Origin: Desulfuromonadaceae bacterium
GTDB lineage: Bacteria > Desulfobacterota > Desulfuromonadia > Geobacterales > Pseudopelobacteraceae
Assembly: GCA_049318985.1 (NCBI GenBank)
Contig: JBMOEI010000031.1
Coordinates: 2,417-34,416 of the forward strand
Direction: 5' to 3'
DNA length: 32,000 nt
Positions 20,578 to 29,568 of the stretch are shown here, piece after piece (the first letter of the stretch is position 1; every line of letters begins with the position of its first letter). Under the pieces are notes generated by a model that was given only the letters and a program-made list of their open reading frames with translations, was not told the origin of the DNA and searched no databases. A program made the translations under genes and the position numbers.

Positions 20578-22953
20578 TTAAAACCCCGCATAGAGCAGCG
20601 TCTGTAGTTCATTCACCGCTTCCCGCAGATTTTCCGCTCCACCAAAATACCCGGCAATCTCAATCACATTCCCACGCCCAGATATTGGCGGCACTTTCAA
20701 GATGTCCGGTACCACAAATTGTGCCGTACCATGTTGGGCGTATTTCTCCAGCAGTTCTTCAAGTATGGCCCTGGCCTCGGGGCCGTAGTGATCGAAGAAA
20801 TCCTTCCGGTCATGCTTAAGGCGTTCAGCCCGCTCGCGGCGAGTTCGTAACGGCGCATTGAAGGCCAGGTGACAGAGCAGATCAAAGTGGTCAGCTTCTG
20901 GTTGCCCAACGGAGTCTGCCAGCTCATTAAAGTTGATACCACGCTCCTCAAGCTGGCGGATAACTTCGGCCCGTTCCTTTGGATTGGCCCACTGTTCTCG
21001 CATCCGAATAGCACCGGTGAACAGAGTACGAACCTTGTCAGCGGCATAGTCGCTGTATTTGACGACACGGAGCTGCTTGCCGTCTGGATCCAGTTCATAA
21101 ACCAGATGGGCGGCAATCGCCACCTGTCCGCCATCGACATAGTACTTGCGGGGTTCTTTTGTGACGTCATCAATGACAACCCCTGCCGGGCCGTAGTCAT
21201 CCTGAACGCCGCCATCTTCCACAACGGGAGCTTCCTCAATAATGGTCGTTTCGTAGGTGGCGCCACTCGTATCAATCTTCTCTTCGCTGACCAGAGCCGG
21301 ATCCCCGTCGAAATCACTATCGGCAAAGAGCCTTGTGGCACTGCCGGTATAATCGAGGATGCTGAACCAGAGCTTGCCGTAATCGTCCCTGACACGGGTG
21401 CCACGGCCAATAATCTGTTTGAACTCCGACATGGAGCCAACCACGCGGGCCAGGACGATATTTTTACAGGTAGGGGCATCGACGCCGGTGGTCAGCATCT
21501 GTGAGGTGGTAAGGATGGCTGGGGTCTCGGTCTCCAGTTCCTGAAACCTGCCGAGATGCCCACGACCTATATCGCCCTCATTCGAAGTCACCCGGCAGAC
21601 GTAATCCGGGTACTGGCTTACCAGATCCTGGTTAAGGTTGGTGAGTGCCCGTCGCATCTCGTCCGCATGATCCTGATCCACGCAAAATACGATGGTCTTG
21701 GCAAAACGGTCAGTCTTTCTCAGAAAGTCATTCAGGTGACAGGCAATAGCCTCGGTACGGGCCTTTAGAGCGACAACCCGCTCAAAATCCTTGGTCTGGT
21801 ACTCCTCGTCCGGTATCTCCCGGCCATAGCGATCCAGCTCTCCCTTGCTGGGACGCCAACCTGCAGCATCAAAGTCAGTGATAATGCGGTGGACCCGGTA
21901 CGGCGCCAGGAAACCGTCGTCTATCCCCTGCCGCAAGCTGTACTGGTAGATGGGGTTGCCAAAGTAGAGGTAGGTATCCCGGTTGTCTTCCCTGAGCGGG
22001 GTAGCGGTCATCCCCAACTGAAACGCCGGAGAGAAATACTCCAGGATCTCCCGCCAGTTGCTGTTGTCGCGGGCGCTTCCCCGGTGGCATTCATCAACTA
22101 TGATCAGGTCGAAGAAGTCCGGCCGGTACTCCTTATAGAGCCCCGGTCGCCGTTCGTCCTTGGCCAGCGACTGGTAGATGGCGAAATACATCTCACGGCT
22201 TTTGTTGGCCTCGCCATTCTCGATCTTCCAGCGGGCATCGCCGAAGGGAGCAAAGATCTTATCCTTGGGGTCATCGACCAGAATATTACGATCAGCAAGG
22301 TACAGAATTTTGGGGCGCCGATGCTCGCCGGTTGCATTCCAGCGGGCGCTCCAGAGTTTCCAACAAATCTGGAAGGCGACTACGGTTTTGCCGGTGCCGG
22401 TGGCCATGGTCAGCAGGATTCGTTTATTGTCCTGCAAAACCGACTGCACAACCCGGTTGATGGCGATTTCCTGATAATAGCGAGGACTCTTGCCGCTGTG
22501 GTGGTAATAAGGTGAAAGAATGCGTTGCGCGGATTCGGGGGAGAATGCCTGAGAGCTTTGCAGTCGCTGCCAAAGTTCCTCTGGTGGCGGGAACTCCGTC
22601 AATACTCGCTCCTGGCCGGTCATATAATCAAACTCGATGATTTCTATGCCGTTAGTGGCATAGGCAAACTTGATACCCAGAATCTCAGCGTACTCTTTAG
22701 CCTGCTGTATACCATCCCCGGCTGACAGGTAATCTGGTTTGGCCTCTACAACGGCTATGAGATAATCACGGGTATAGCGAAGCAGGTAGTCGGCCCGTTT
22801 CTGGGGACGACGCCTCACCTTGTTCCCAGCAAGAACAATACGGCCATCGGTAAAGGTAATTTGCTCGTTGATACGGTGGGGCTCGTTGTCCCAACCCGCC
22901 TCAACCAGCTTCGGCAGCACGTATTTTCGGCAGGTATCTGCTTCGTTGCTCAT
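20578..22953 (-). CDS. hsdR: Type I restriction enzyme endonuclease/translocase subunit HsdR
   Basis: N-terminal HsdR nuclease region (MSNEADTCRKYVLPKLVEAGW, ADYLL...VVEAK), Walker A LTMATGTGKT, DEAH-box IIVDECHRGS, motif III GMTATP, motif VI QIIGRGTR. Confidence 0.95.
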   Translation of the reverse strand: MSNEADTCRKYVLPKLVEAGWDNEPHRINEQITFTDGRIVLAGNKVRRRPQKRADYLLRYTRDYLIAVVEAKPDYLSAGDGIQQAKEYAEILGIKFAYATNGIEIIEFDYMTGQERVLTEFPPPEELWQRLQSSQAFSPESAQRILSPYYHHSGKSPRYYQEIAINRVVQSVLQDNKRILLTMATGTGKTVVAFQICWKLWSARWNATGEHRRPKILYLADRNILVDDPKDKIFAPFGDARWKIENGEANKSREMYFAIYQSLAKDERRPGLYKEYRPDFFDLIIVDECHRGSARDNSNWREILEYFSPAFQLGMTATPLREDNRDTYLYFGNPIYQYSLRQGIDDGFLAPYRVHRIITDFDAAGWRPSKGELDRYGREIPDEEYQTKDFERVVALKARTEAIACHLNDFLRKTDRFAKTIVFCVDQDHADEMRRALTNLNQDLVSQYPDYVCRVTSNEGDIGRGHLGRFQELETETPAILTTSQMLTTGVDAPTCKNIVLARVVGSMSEFKQIIGRGTRVRDDYGKLWFSILDYTGSATRLFADSDFDGDPALVSEEKIDTSGATYETTIIEEAPVVEDGGVQDDYGPAGVVIDDVTKEPRKYYVDGGQVAIAAHLVYELDPDGKQLRVVKYSDYAADKVRTLFTGAIRMREQWANPKERAEVIRQLEERGINFNELADSVGQPEADHFDLLCHLAFNAPLRTRRERAERLKHDRKDFFDHYGPEARAILEELLEKYAQHGTAQFVVPDILKVPPISGRGNVIEIAGYFGGAENLREAVNELQTLLYAGF

Positions 22954-22961
22954 AGATTACC

Positions 22962-23009
22962 CGATAAAGAAAAAGCCGTTTGTCAGCACTTGAGCAGACA
23001 ATGCGGCTT
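22962..23009 (-). terminator. Terminator-like hairpin plus U-tract abutting the hsdR start codon (insulator or attenuator)
   Basis: Minus-strand reading: AAGCCG-CA-TTGTC-[12-nt loop]-GACAA-A-CGGCTT followed by TTTTTCTTTAT, then CGGGTAATCT-ATG(hsdR). Confidence 0.45.
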
Positions 23010-23084
23010 CAGTTGGAACAATATGTCCTAAAGGGCACAGAGCCCATCTCTTTACCCTCCATAAATGCATGAAATTACGACATG

Positions 23085-23113
23085 TTAATACCTCTTTTCA
23101 CCCTCAAAGTCAA
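23085..23113 (-). promoter_or_regulatory. Candidate sigma70-type promoter for hsdR
   Basis: Minus strand: TTGACT (23113..23108), a 17-nt spacer, then TATTAA (23090..23085). This would give a ~125-nt leader containing the hairpin above. Confidence 0.4.
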
Positions 23114-23293
23114 TTTGATATGGCACCTGTACATTCCTACCGACAAAGAACGCTATTAGAGAACCCTGTCCTATCAGAACAGAGTGCTGCAACATGCTGT
23201 AATTTTTGTATTTACAGTTGACATTTGATATTAAGCTGGCCAAACTGACGTTGAAAAACTGACTATTTTGACTGTCGAGAAAGGAGGGAGGAC

Positions 23294-23608
23294 ATGATAA
23301 AAAAAATTGCAGCAATCTTCATTGCGGTTGCAGGAACTGTTCTCCCATGCCTACTTGCGGGAGCGGTGGTTGGGCTTATGTTTATATCGAGTTTCTGGAT
23401 ATGGGCTCTCGGGTTGACGACTATTTCGTTCCCCTGGATGCTCATGAACCGGGTGCATACCCGATTTTACCATGGGTACCTTAACGGAAAAACTTTATTT
23501 GAGAACTTGAAATACGCCTACACAAGTACTGAATATTATCCAACAACATCTCTCTTCGGTGCTTCATGGTGGAATTGGTACTGGGGATTTTTTAGACGAC
23601 ATTTCTGA
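23294..23608 (+). CDS. Small membrane protein (104 aa, two predicted TM helices, Trp/Tyr-rich tail)
   Basis: ORF-track entry with strong RBS AAAGGAGGGAGG. Hydrophobic stretches: IAAIFIAVAGTVLPCLLAGAVVGLMFI and FWIWALGLTTISFPWML. Confidence 0.55.
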   Translation: MIKKIAAIFIAVAGTVLPCLLAGAVVGLMFISSFWIWALGLTTISFPWMLMNRVHTRFYHGYLNGKTLFENLKYAYTSTEYYPTTSLFGASWWNWYWGFFRRHF

Positions 23609-23624
23609 TGACAGAAGTGATAGC

Positions 23625-23942
23625 TCATGAAGGTGCATAGGAATATTCCCATGCCCCTTTTATTTTGAGGAGTTCATCGCGACTTATTTCAACCCCGCCG
23701 ACAAATGGTGCAACGATGGCATACGGAGATGATTGGTAAAAATATACATTCGTACCATCTGCCCGTTCTAAATGCTCAAGGATCGCAACCGGAAGATTGA
23801 TCACACAGCTTCCTATCCGCAAATCAGCCCCATGCTCTTGAACATATAGTGAAATTGACGTGTCATGGTTGTCCGGCAAAGAAAATGTATCAGTTGCAAT
23901 GACTATTATTCCATCTGATACCAAGAGAATCTTATCCAACAC
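23625..23942 (-). CDS. Hypothetical protein (105 aa) immediately downstream of traG
   Basis: GTG start at 23942 with GAGGAGG upstream, 3 nt after the traG stop. No recognised motif. Confidence 0.45.
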   Translation of the reverse strand: MLDKILLVSDGIIVIATDTFSLPDNHDTSISLYVQEHGADLRIGSCVINLPVAILEHLERADGTNVYFYQSSPYAIVAPFVGGVEISRDELLKIKGAWEYSYAPS

Positions 23943-23945
23943 GAA

Positions 23946-26900
23946 TTACCTCCTCGATCCTTTGTATGGTTGCGGTCCACCGCCTTTCGGCAGCAGAGAA
24001 TTCTTGCTTTGATGTTGAAGGATTCTCCCCGTCCTCTGCAAATCTCTTTCAACACGAGTTTCAGCCGTCCTGGCAACTTGTTCAGTCATTCGAGACTCAG
24101 CTTCACGTTTAGCGGCATTCTTTTCCATTGAAGAAGTCAAAGGCCTGGCGACTGTTGCCGCGTCACCAATCAATCCAGAGGTTTCGTGCAGAGCCCCTCT
24201 ACCAACAGCTATCGTTGTAGCAGCAGTTCCCGCATTAATAGACCGACCTTCGACAAAATCGCTACTCGCTGCACTACCGGCAAGATCCTGTAATGATCTG
24301 ACCGATGTACCAACTGTTTGCCTGTTTGAATAATCTGCCTTAACCCCACCATCAGCACGAATACTCCCGGTAATTCCACCACCTGACCTGGTACTGACAA
24401 CAGCCGCCCCCTGCTGTGACGACTGAACAAACTGGTCCTCGGTAATCTCCGACCGCTGTCCGGCAATGAGATTCCCGCTCTTGTCCATCTTCCCTTGGAC
24501 TTGAGAGTAGTGCAGGTTGCCATCCTTGTCCTTGGCATACATAAGGACATTTCCGTCGAGTCCGTTGGAGAACGATCCACCGACTACCTCCATTTTGCCG
24601 GTTTTATCGTTCTTGGCATAATACCAGTCACCATTGACCATCATCTGCTTGCCGCCAGCCTGGATCATATAACTTCCGGACTTCCGTGACACATTCAGTG
24701 ACTGGTTCTCGTAGCCAGTCTTGATGAAATCACCAACCGTCTTGCGCAGCCCCTTGTCAGTAGTCGACACGTTTCGATCCAGACGCTCGATATCTGTCCC
24801 GGCCTTGCTCTGACCGAGATCAAACTTCTGCACCCGGCCACCCTGATCAACGGCAAACGACGCGAGATTGCCGTTCCGGTCGTAATCAGCCCTGTAGTCG
24901 AAGGCCTGGCCGGACAGCTTGGCGACATGGGCAGCAGCACTCTGGAATCCGGCAGAACGAAGCTGCTTCTGCAGTTCGAGTGCCTGTCCTTTGTCTCCTT
25001 TGGCAACGGTACCGGAATCAGACGAATTGACGATCCCGCCATCCATACCGACATTGACCGCACTCTTGCCGTCAACTGTCGTGAAGTTGATGTTCTGCCC
25101 CTCCATCGCCTTCTGCATCTCGGCAAAGCCCCGTTCGGTCAGGTGACCGTCCTGGTACATCTCCGGATCGTTTTTGAGTTGCGGAGCAATCCGTCCAACC
25201 AACTGATCCGCTGCAGCATGAACAAGCTGGTTGCGGGCAATCCGTCCTGAGACATCATTGCTGGTTAGCTGTTGGTAGTTGCCGTAACCGCCCCCAGCAT
25301 AGATTCCCTGGATCTTGCCTCCGGTTTCCGTTGCCACGACATGACCAGCCTCAGTACCGGCGGCAACAGGACCACCCATTTGATTAGAAAGCCCGGTAAC
25401 CTCTGATGCATGTTTGCTCTGCTGAAACTGGGCATTCATCTGCATAAGTTGTCCGGATGAGATTCCGTAGTTATCGGCAATCTTGTTCACCGCATCGGTA
25501 TTGGCAAAATCCCCCAGGGCTGTAACTTCCGAGCGCATGGCATTAAACTCCCGCCAGTTCCCATTGAACCCGAGAGACCTGGCAGCGGCATATGCTCCCA
25601 TTTCACCCTGCAATTGCCCGACACTCTTGTCCATATTGGCAGTCAGGAAATCTGAATAGTTTTCACCGGAGCCAAAGACATTTGCCAAGGCCCGGTCGTT
25701 GGCAACTCCCATATTCGCGAAGGCCTGAGTGTCGCCGCCGTAACTGCCTGAAACTACATCTTTGGTAGCAGCCGACCTGTCGAGTCCCAGTCGGCCATCA
25801 AATGATTTCAACTCGTAGGCTGATGACAGACCACCTTCACGCATTGCCCTGCCGCTGCCGCCGAAACCGATTGATCTGCCAATCTCGCTATCAGCGGATA
25901 TCCGGCTCGAAGCCTCCATGCCGAAGTCCCGGATCATATCGCTCGTCGCCGTGGTTTTACCAGACATGCTGACCAGCGACTGTGCCTGCCTGGCTTGGAA
26001 GCTATGCTCATTGCTCCAGGCCTGGGTCGGCATAGCAGTAACATTACGCTGCATGGCTGACGCTCTACCGGCGGGATCTTCAACCTCATGTGTTGCCCGG
26101 TTGCCTGCGGACTGAACCTGGCTGACCATCCCTCCGGCCATCATCGCCATGGCATGACCGCCGAACTTGATCAACATACCGGTAATAACCGTCGCCAGCA
26201 TCATTCCACTCATCCGAAGCGTACCAAACATCCCAAGTATCTTTACCGTCTGGTCAGGAAAGAAGTAGAGGGCATCCATACCCAGCTTGTTCTGCCGGAC
26301 TATCTCATAAGCCCGATTAGCATAGTCCACGGCAAACTGGTGAACAATGGCATCGGTGACACCCCATGCAGTCAACCAAATGAAGAAGCCGGCGATGATC
26401 CCGACCGCCTTTCCGATCAGCGGTGTGGGAATGAAGAGCGCCAGGAATGGCAGCAATCCAACAGCGATGGCAGTAAGTGCCGCTTTCAGGATCGGCAACC
26501 ATTCGTTGGCCGACTTCATGGCACCGGAAGCGCTGAGCAGGAATTGGTAATTGGTGGCACCGGCAGCATTACCACTACGGAAGATCTCCTCCAGTCGCTG
26601 GGAGACGTAGGCCTGCTTCAGAAAATCGTCAATGCTTGCCGCTCCCAGACCGATACCGGTATTAACATTGTTCAGTACCGTCTTGCACTGGATCATGGCT
26701 GCAGCATCGGTTACGTCATAGCCAAGATTGGCACAGACCGACTGGATGTTCTTTTCAAGATTGGCCGGGGTGAGCGCCGCTTTGATGCTGGTCCAGGAGT
26801 CGGTACAGGTAAGCGTCTGCCCCTGTGGATTTGCTACATCGTAATAAACCGTCCAGATGGCCGGATTGACCGCCTTGTCCAGTGAACCGACAAAATTGGT

Positions 26901-27545
26901 GGTCGTTTTGCGCAGTTCATCCACGGTGAGGTTGGCATTGGGATTCATCAGTGCATAGGATACGCAATCCTTGACGTAACGCCGCATGGAGGCGTCCAGA
27001 TTACTGTCCACCGCCGACAGTGGAATGCTTGTAAGCTGGGCGAGACCCAAAAAACCTTTGCCGCCAGCCTGGGTCTGGTAATTCAATGGATCTCCGGCAG
27101 TGGTGACAATATCCACTAAACCGCGTTCGATCTTGTTCAGGATGCCGGTCACCGCTACCACACCATCCGGAATGCCGCCGACCGCCTGATTCTTGTTAAA
27201 GACCGGATCATAGACATGGATGGTTCCCTTGGGGACAACCAGAGCCAGGTACACCATGATGCCGATCATGGTCGGCACGATCCAGGTCATGACCGAACCG
27301 TTGGCGGTTCCCAGCGACTTGGCGAATACCGTCACCCCTCCGAAAAAGAGTCCGGCAGCGATGACCACGAAGTAGAGCGACTTGTAGGCGTTGTCGCCGA
27401 AGATCAGCGCCAGTTTGCTGAAGGCATTCACCACCGCGTCGTGACCACCCCAGACATAGAATTCCATATCCAGGGCCAGTGCCATGGTGGGGATGAGTAC
27501 CAACAGTAGTGTGAGGCCGAGCCTAGATACGGTCCGTATCGACAT
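23946..27545 (-). CDS. traG: F-type conjugal transfer protein TraG (mating-pair stabilisation), TraG_N domain plus long Gly/Ser/Ala/Gln-rich C-terminal region
   Basis: 1199 aa. Signal-like N-terminus followed by multiple TM helices across residues ~50-480 (e.g. LPILKAALTAIAVGLLPFLALFIPTPLIGKAVGIIAGFFIWLTAWGV). Size and context next to TraU/TrbC/TrbI fit TraG. Confidence 0.75.
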   Translation of the reverse strand: MSIRTVSRLGLTLLLVLIPTMALALDMEFYVWGGHDAVVNAFSKLALIFGDNAYKSLYFVVIAAGLFFGGVTVFAKSLGTANGSVMTWIVPTMIGIMVYLALVVPKGTIHVYDPVFNKNQAVGGIPDGVVAVTGILNKIERGLVDIVTTAGDPLNYQTQAGGKGFLGLAQLTSIPLSAVDSNLDASMRRYVKDCVSYALMNPNANLTVDELRKTTTNFVGSLDKAVNPAIWTVYYDVANPQGQTLTCTDSWTSIKAALTPANLEKNIQSVCANLGYDVTDAAAMIQCKTVLNNVNTGIGLGAASIDDFLKQAYVSQRLEEIFRSGNAAGATNYQFLLSASGAMKSANEWLPILKAALTAIAVGLLPFLALFIPTPLIGKAVGIIAGFFIWLTAWGVTDAIVHQFAVDYANRAYEIVRQNKLGMDALYFFPDQTVKILGMFGTLRMSGMMLATVITGMLIKFGGHAMAMMAGGMVSQVQSAGNRATHEVEDPAGRASAMQRNVTAMPTQAWSNEHSFQARQAQSLVSMSGKTTATSDMIRDFGMEASSRISADSEIGRSIGFGGSGRAMREGGLSSAYELKSFDGRLGLDRSAATKDVVSGSYGGDTQAFANMGVANDRALANVFGSGENYSDFLTANMDKSVGQLQGEMGAYAAARSLGFNGNWREFNAMRSEVTALGDFANTDAVNKIADNYGISSGQLMQMNAQFQQSKHASEVTGLSNQMGGPVAAGTEAGHVVATETGGKIQGIYAGGGYGNYQQLTSNDVSGRIARNQLVHAAADQLVGRIAPQLKNDPEMYQDGHLTERGFAEMQKAMEGQNINFTTVDGKSAVNVGMDGGIVNSSDSGTVAKGDKGQALELQKQLRSAGFQSAAAHVAKLSGQAFDYRADYDRNGNLASFAVDQGGRVQKFDLGQSKAGTDIERLDRNVSTTDKGLRKTVGDFIKTGYENQSLNVSRKSGSYMIQAGGKQMMVNGDWYYAKNDKTGKMEVVGGSFSNGLDGNVLMYAKDKDGNLHYSQVQGKMDKSGNLIAGQRSEITEDQFVQSSQQGAAVVSTRSGGGITGSIRADGGVKADYSNRQTVGTSVRSLQDLAGSAASSDFVEGRSINAGTAATTIAVGRGALHETSGLIGDAATVARPLTSSMEKNAAKREAESRMTEQVARTAETRVERDLQRTGRILQHQSKNSLLPKGGGPQPYKGSRR

Positions 27546-28263
27546 GTACTACTCCTGCAGCGATAAGTTTACGGTTGCGCCGCCAGGCGACCAGCATGGC
27601 GACTATCGGAATGACAATGAATACTGCCGTGGATACCAGAACAAAGTACGCTGAGATAAGGAAGATCCCCTTGAATCCCTGCACCCAGTAATAAATCGAG
27701 GCGACCGTACTGGGCGAGGTCTTGGCGTAATAGAGCTTTGCCACCGCCCACAGAACGTTCTTGTCGGTGAAGATCTTGAAATAGAGAAAATGGAAGGCGA
27801 TGAAAGCAAGAACCGCTTTGACGATGGCTCCTAACACCATACCGCCCAGAAGATTCAGTACCATCGCCCGGGTGTATTCGCCGATGAAACAGGTGGATGC
27901 CTTGGCCATGAAGATGGCGTATCCCAGTGAAAAACCGAGAGCCAGCAGGAAGGCACTGAACTTGTCGAAAAAGGTCGGAGATGTATCACCGAACATGGGG
28001 ATATACTGTTCAATCACACCGATGGCCACAGGGGTCAGGAACGCCGAAACGATGCCAGAAGCAAAAGCACTCCGGAATCCCACTTCCATGAATTCAAGCC
28101 GCTGCTTGGTAGTCAGGAAGCGGGCCTTGATTATGCAACCGCCCAGTTCGTTGGCAAAGTTCTGATCTATGTAGGAGATCGCCTCCAGGAGCCCTCGCGG
28201 GTGAATCTCGTTGCTCTGGGGTACCGGCATTACATCAGGTGAGCTGTTGCTATCTTTCGACAT
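27523..28263 (-). CDS. Polytopic inner-membrane protein of the transfer operon (246 aa)
   Basis: ORF-track 27523..28665, trimmed to MSKDSNSSPDV (ATG 28263) because the upstream 134 codons overlap the neighbouring gene. Five to six hydrophobic helices. It overlaps the traG start by 23 nt. Confidence 0.55.
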   Translation of the reverse strand: MSKDSNSSPDVMPVPQSNEIHPRGLLEAISYIDQNFANELGGCIIKARFLTTKQRLEFMEVGFRSAFASGIVSAFLTPVAIGVIEQYIPMFGDTSPTFFDKFSAFLLALGFSLGYAIFMAKASTCFIGEYTRAMVLNLLGGMVLGAIVKAVLAFIAFHFLYFKIFTDKNVLWAVAKLYYAKTSPSTVASIYYWVQGFKGIFLISAYFVLVSTAVFIVIPIVAMLVAWRRNRKLIAAGVVHVDTDRI

Positions 28264-28271
28264 GACGCCCC

Positions 28272-28523
28272 CTATCCTGTCAATGACCTGACCAGATTCA
28301 TGACACCGCCACCATAGGCGACGATAACCGCCAGCAGCAGGCAGATTGCGGCCAATGTCGGGTTTCTCTGACGCACACCAACCCAGAAAGCCGAGACTAC
28401 CAGAGCGACAAAAAAGAAGCGCCCCCAGAAACCATAAAGGAGCGTGGCAAAGAGCTTCTGCCAGAAACCGGTATATTCCGCCTGCCCCATGTAGTGCAGT
28501 GGGTTGAGCTTTTCGATAGGCAC
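28272..28523 (-). CDS. Small two-TM protein, candidate TrbC/VirB2-like pilin
   Basis: GTG start at 28523 with AAGGAG 6 nt upstream. Two hydrophobic helices (FWGRFFFVALVVSAFWVGV; LAAICLLLAVIVAYGGGVM). It lies directly downstream of an S26 TraF-like peptidase gene. Confidence 0.4.
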   Translation of the reverse strand: MPIEKLNPLHYMGQAEYTGFWQKLFATLLYGFWGRFFFVALVVSAFWVGVRQRNPTLAAICLLLAVIVAYGGGVMNLVRSLTG

Positions 28524-28534
28524 GGCGGCTCCTT

Positions 28535-29029
28535 TCAGAAAATCGGGTAGGCTTTTGCCAGGATACGGTTTTTCTCGGCAAATCCAAAATAACGGGAGTC
28601 GAAGCTGTCTTTGTGCTGCCCCATGACGAACATGACACCTTTGGGGATAGTGCCGTTGAAAACAAAGTGCTGCAGCGGTTCCCCCTTCAAAGATTTGTCT
28701 TTTGCCCGCACCAGGTACTCACCGTTGCAGTAGAAATTCTTCTCCGCATCGACGGTGAGCAGTTCCCCCTCGTTACAGCCAAGGATTTTCATGACATCCT
28801 CGGACTTTTCCATCCCCATGCGGGTTGTAAGTTCCTTGTGCCTGAACAGGACGTAATCACCCCGCACCACCTTGTCCGGATTCCGGGTGAGCCAGTAGAT
28901 CCGATGCGTGAGAGACGGCGTGAGTGTAACACTGATCTTGTAGGGGAGCAGCGTCCCCACCACGAGCAGTGCCGTGATAGCCAGCCAGAGCCGCCAGTTG
29001 CGGAAATCAAGGTTTAATGGTTTCGGCAT
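28535..29029 (-). CDS. S26-family signal-peptidase-like conjugal transfer peptidase (RP4 TraF / R27 TrhF type)
   Basis: One TM anchor (WLAITALLVVGTLL), then GDYVLF...VMGQHKDSFDSRYFG (the S26 SxDSRYxG box). The ORF-track start at 29047 is GTG. I prefer ATG 29029 (MPKPLNLDF). Confidence 0.75.
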   Translation of the reverse strand: MPKPLNLDFRNWRLWLAITALLVVGTLLPYKISVTLTPSLTHRIYWLTRNPDKVVRGDYVLFRHKELTTRMGMEKSEDVMKILGCNEGELLTVDAEKNFYCNGEYLVRAKDKSLKGEPLQHFVFNGTIPKGVMFVMGQHKDSFDSRYFGFAEKNRILAKAYPIF

Positions 29030-29558
29030 TGCGCACCACCGCGTCACCCATGATGACCACCCGGTTTTTGGGAAGGGCTGTTATGACGGCCTCAAGTCGG
29101 TCAAAACGCCTCTTCAACTCGTCATCATTCAGTTTCCCGGCCAGGTAGTTGTCCCGTTGCTCGGCTATGTATCCCTTGATGTCAACGGCCACGACCTTTT
29201 GGGCGTACCAGCGGTCATAACCGGCTATGGTGGCCAGCGAAACTGATGCCGATACGAGCGCATACAAGAACACTGTAGAAATGAAATTTGCCCATTCGTA
29301 AAATTTCACCTTGAACATGTCGGCTTGCTGTTCACGAGGGTTTTCCGCTCTTCGCCTGATAGTCGAGTTATTCTCGGACTCGATTTCTCTTGGATCTTCG
29401 TTATCACTGAAAGATTCATCGCTTATGCAATATGTATCACTTCCCTTGTGTAGTTCATGTCGCTCACTGTTTGTTTTCGGTCTTCGCCATAAATCCGAGA
29501 CGCTCCCGAAGCCGATCTCCCGTGGATCGGGGTTTTTACCAAATGATTCATCTTTCAT
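29007..29558 (-). CDS. trbI: TrbI-like (F-type) transfer protein with extended N-terminal tail
   Basis: Single TM (FISTVFLYALVSASVSLATIAG), then VVAVDIKGYIAEQRDNYLAGKLNDDELKRRFDRLEAVITALPKNRVVIMGDAVV. This matches the F TrbI layout as I recall it. The N-terminal 80 residues are extra and carry an internal repeat. Confidence 0.6.
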   Translation of the reverse strand: MKDESFGKNPDPREIGFGSVSDLWRRPKTNSERHELHKGSDTYCISDESFSDNEDPREIESENNSTIRRRAENPREQQADMFKVKFYEWANFISTVFLYALVSASVSLATIAGYDRWYAQKVVAVDIKGYIAEQRDNYLAGKLNDDELKRRFDRLEAVITALPKNRVVIMGDAVVRNAETIKP

Positions 29559-29568
29559 GCGGCAAGCC

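Noticed and set aside
20697-22515. Large alternative-frame and antisense ORFs within hsdR (20697..21479-, 20869..21504+, 21889..22515+)
   Set aside because: hsdR is continuous and motif-complete across this span. The alternatives have biased composition and no recognisable domains.
24209-27509. Multiple ORFs in other frames within traG (for example 26088..26885+, 24695..25126-)
   Set aside because: They are shadow ORFs of a 3.6-kb GC-rich gene.
28264-28665. N-terminal 134 codons of ORF 27523..28665
   Set aside because: The extension overlaps the separately signalled 83-aa gene (28272..28523) in another frame and is Arg/Ser/Gly-rich. The Met at 28263 starts the hydrophobic protein proper.
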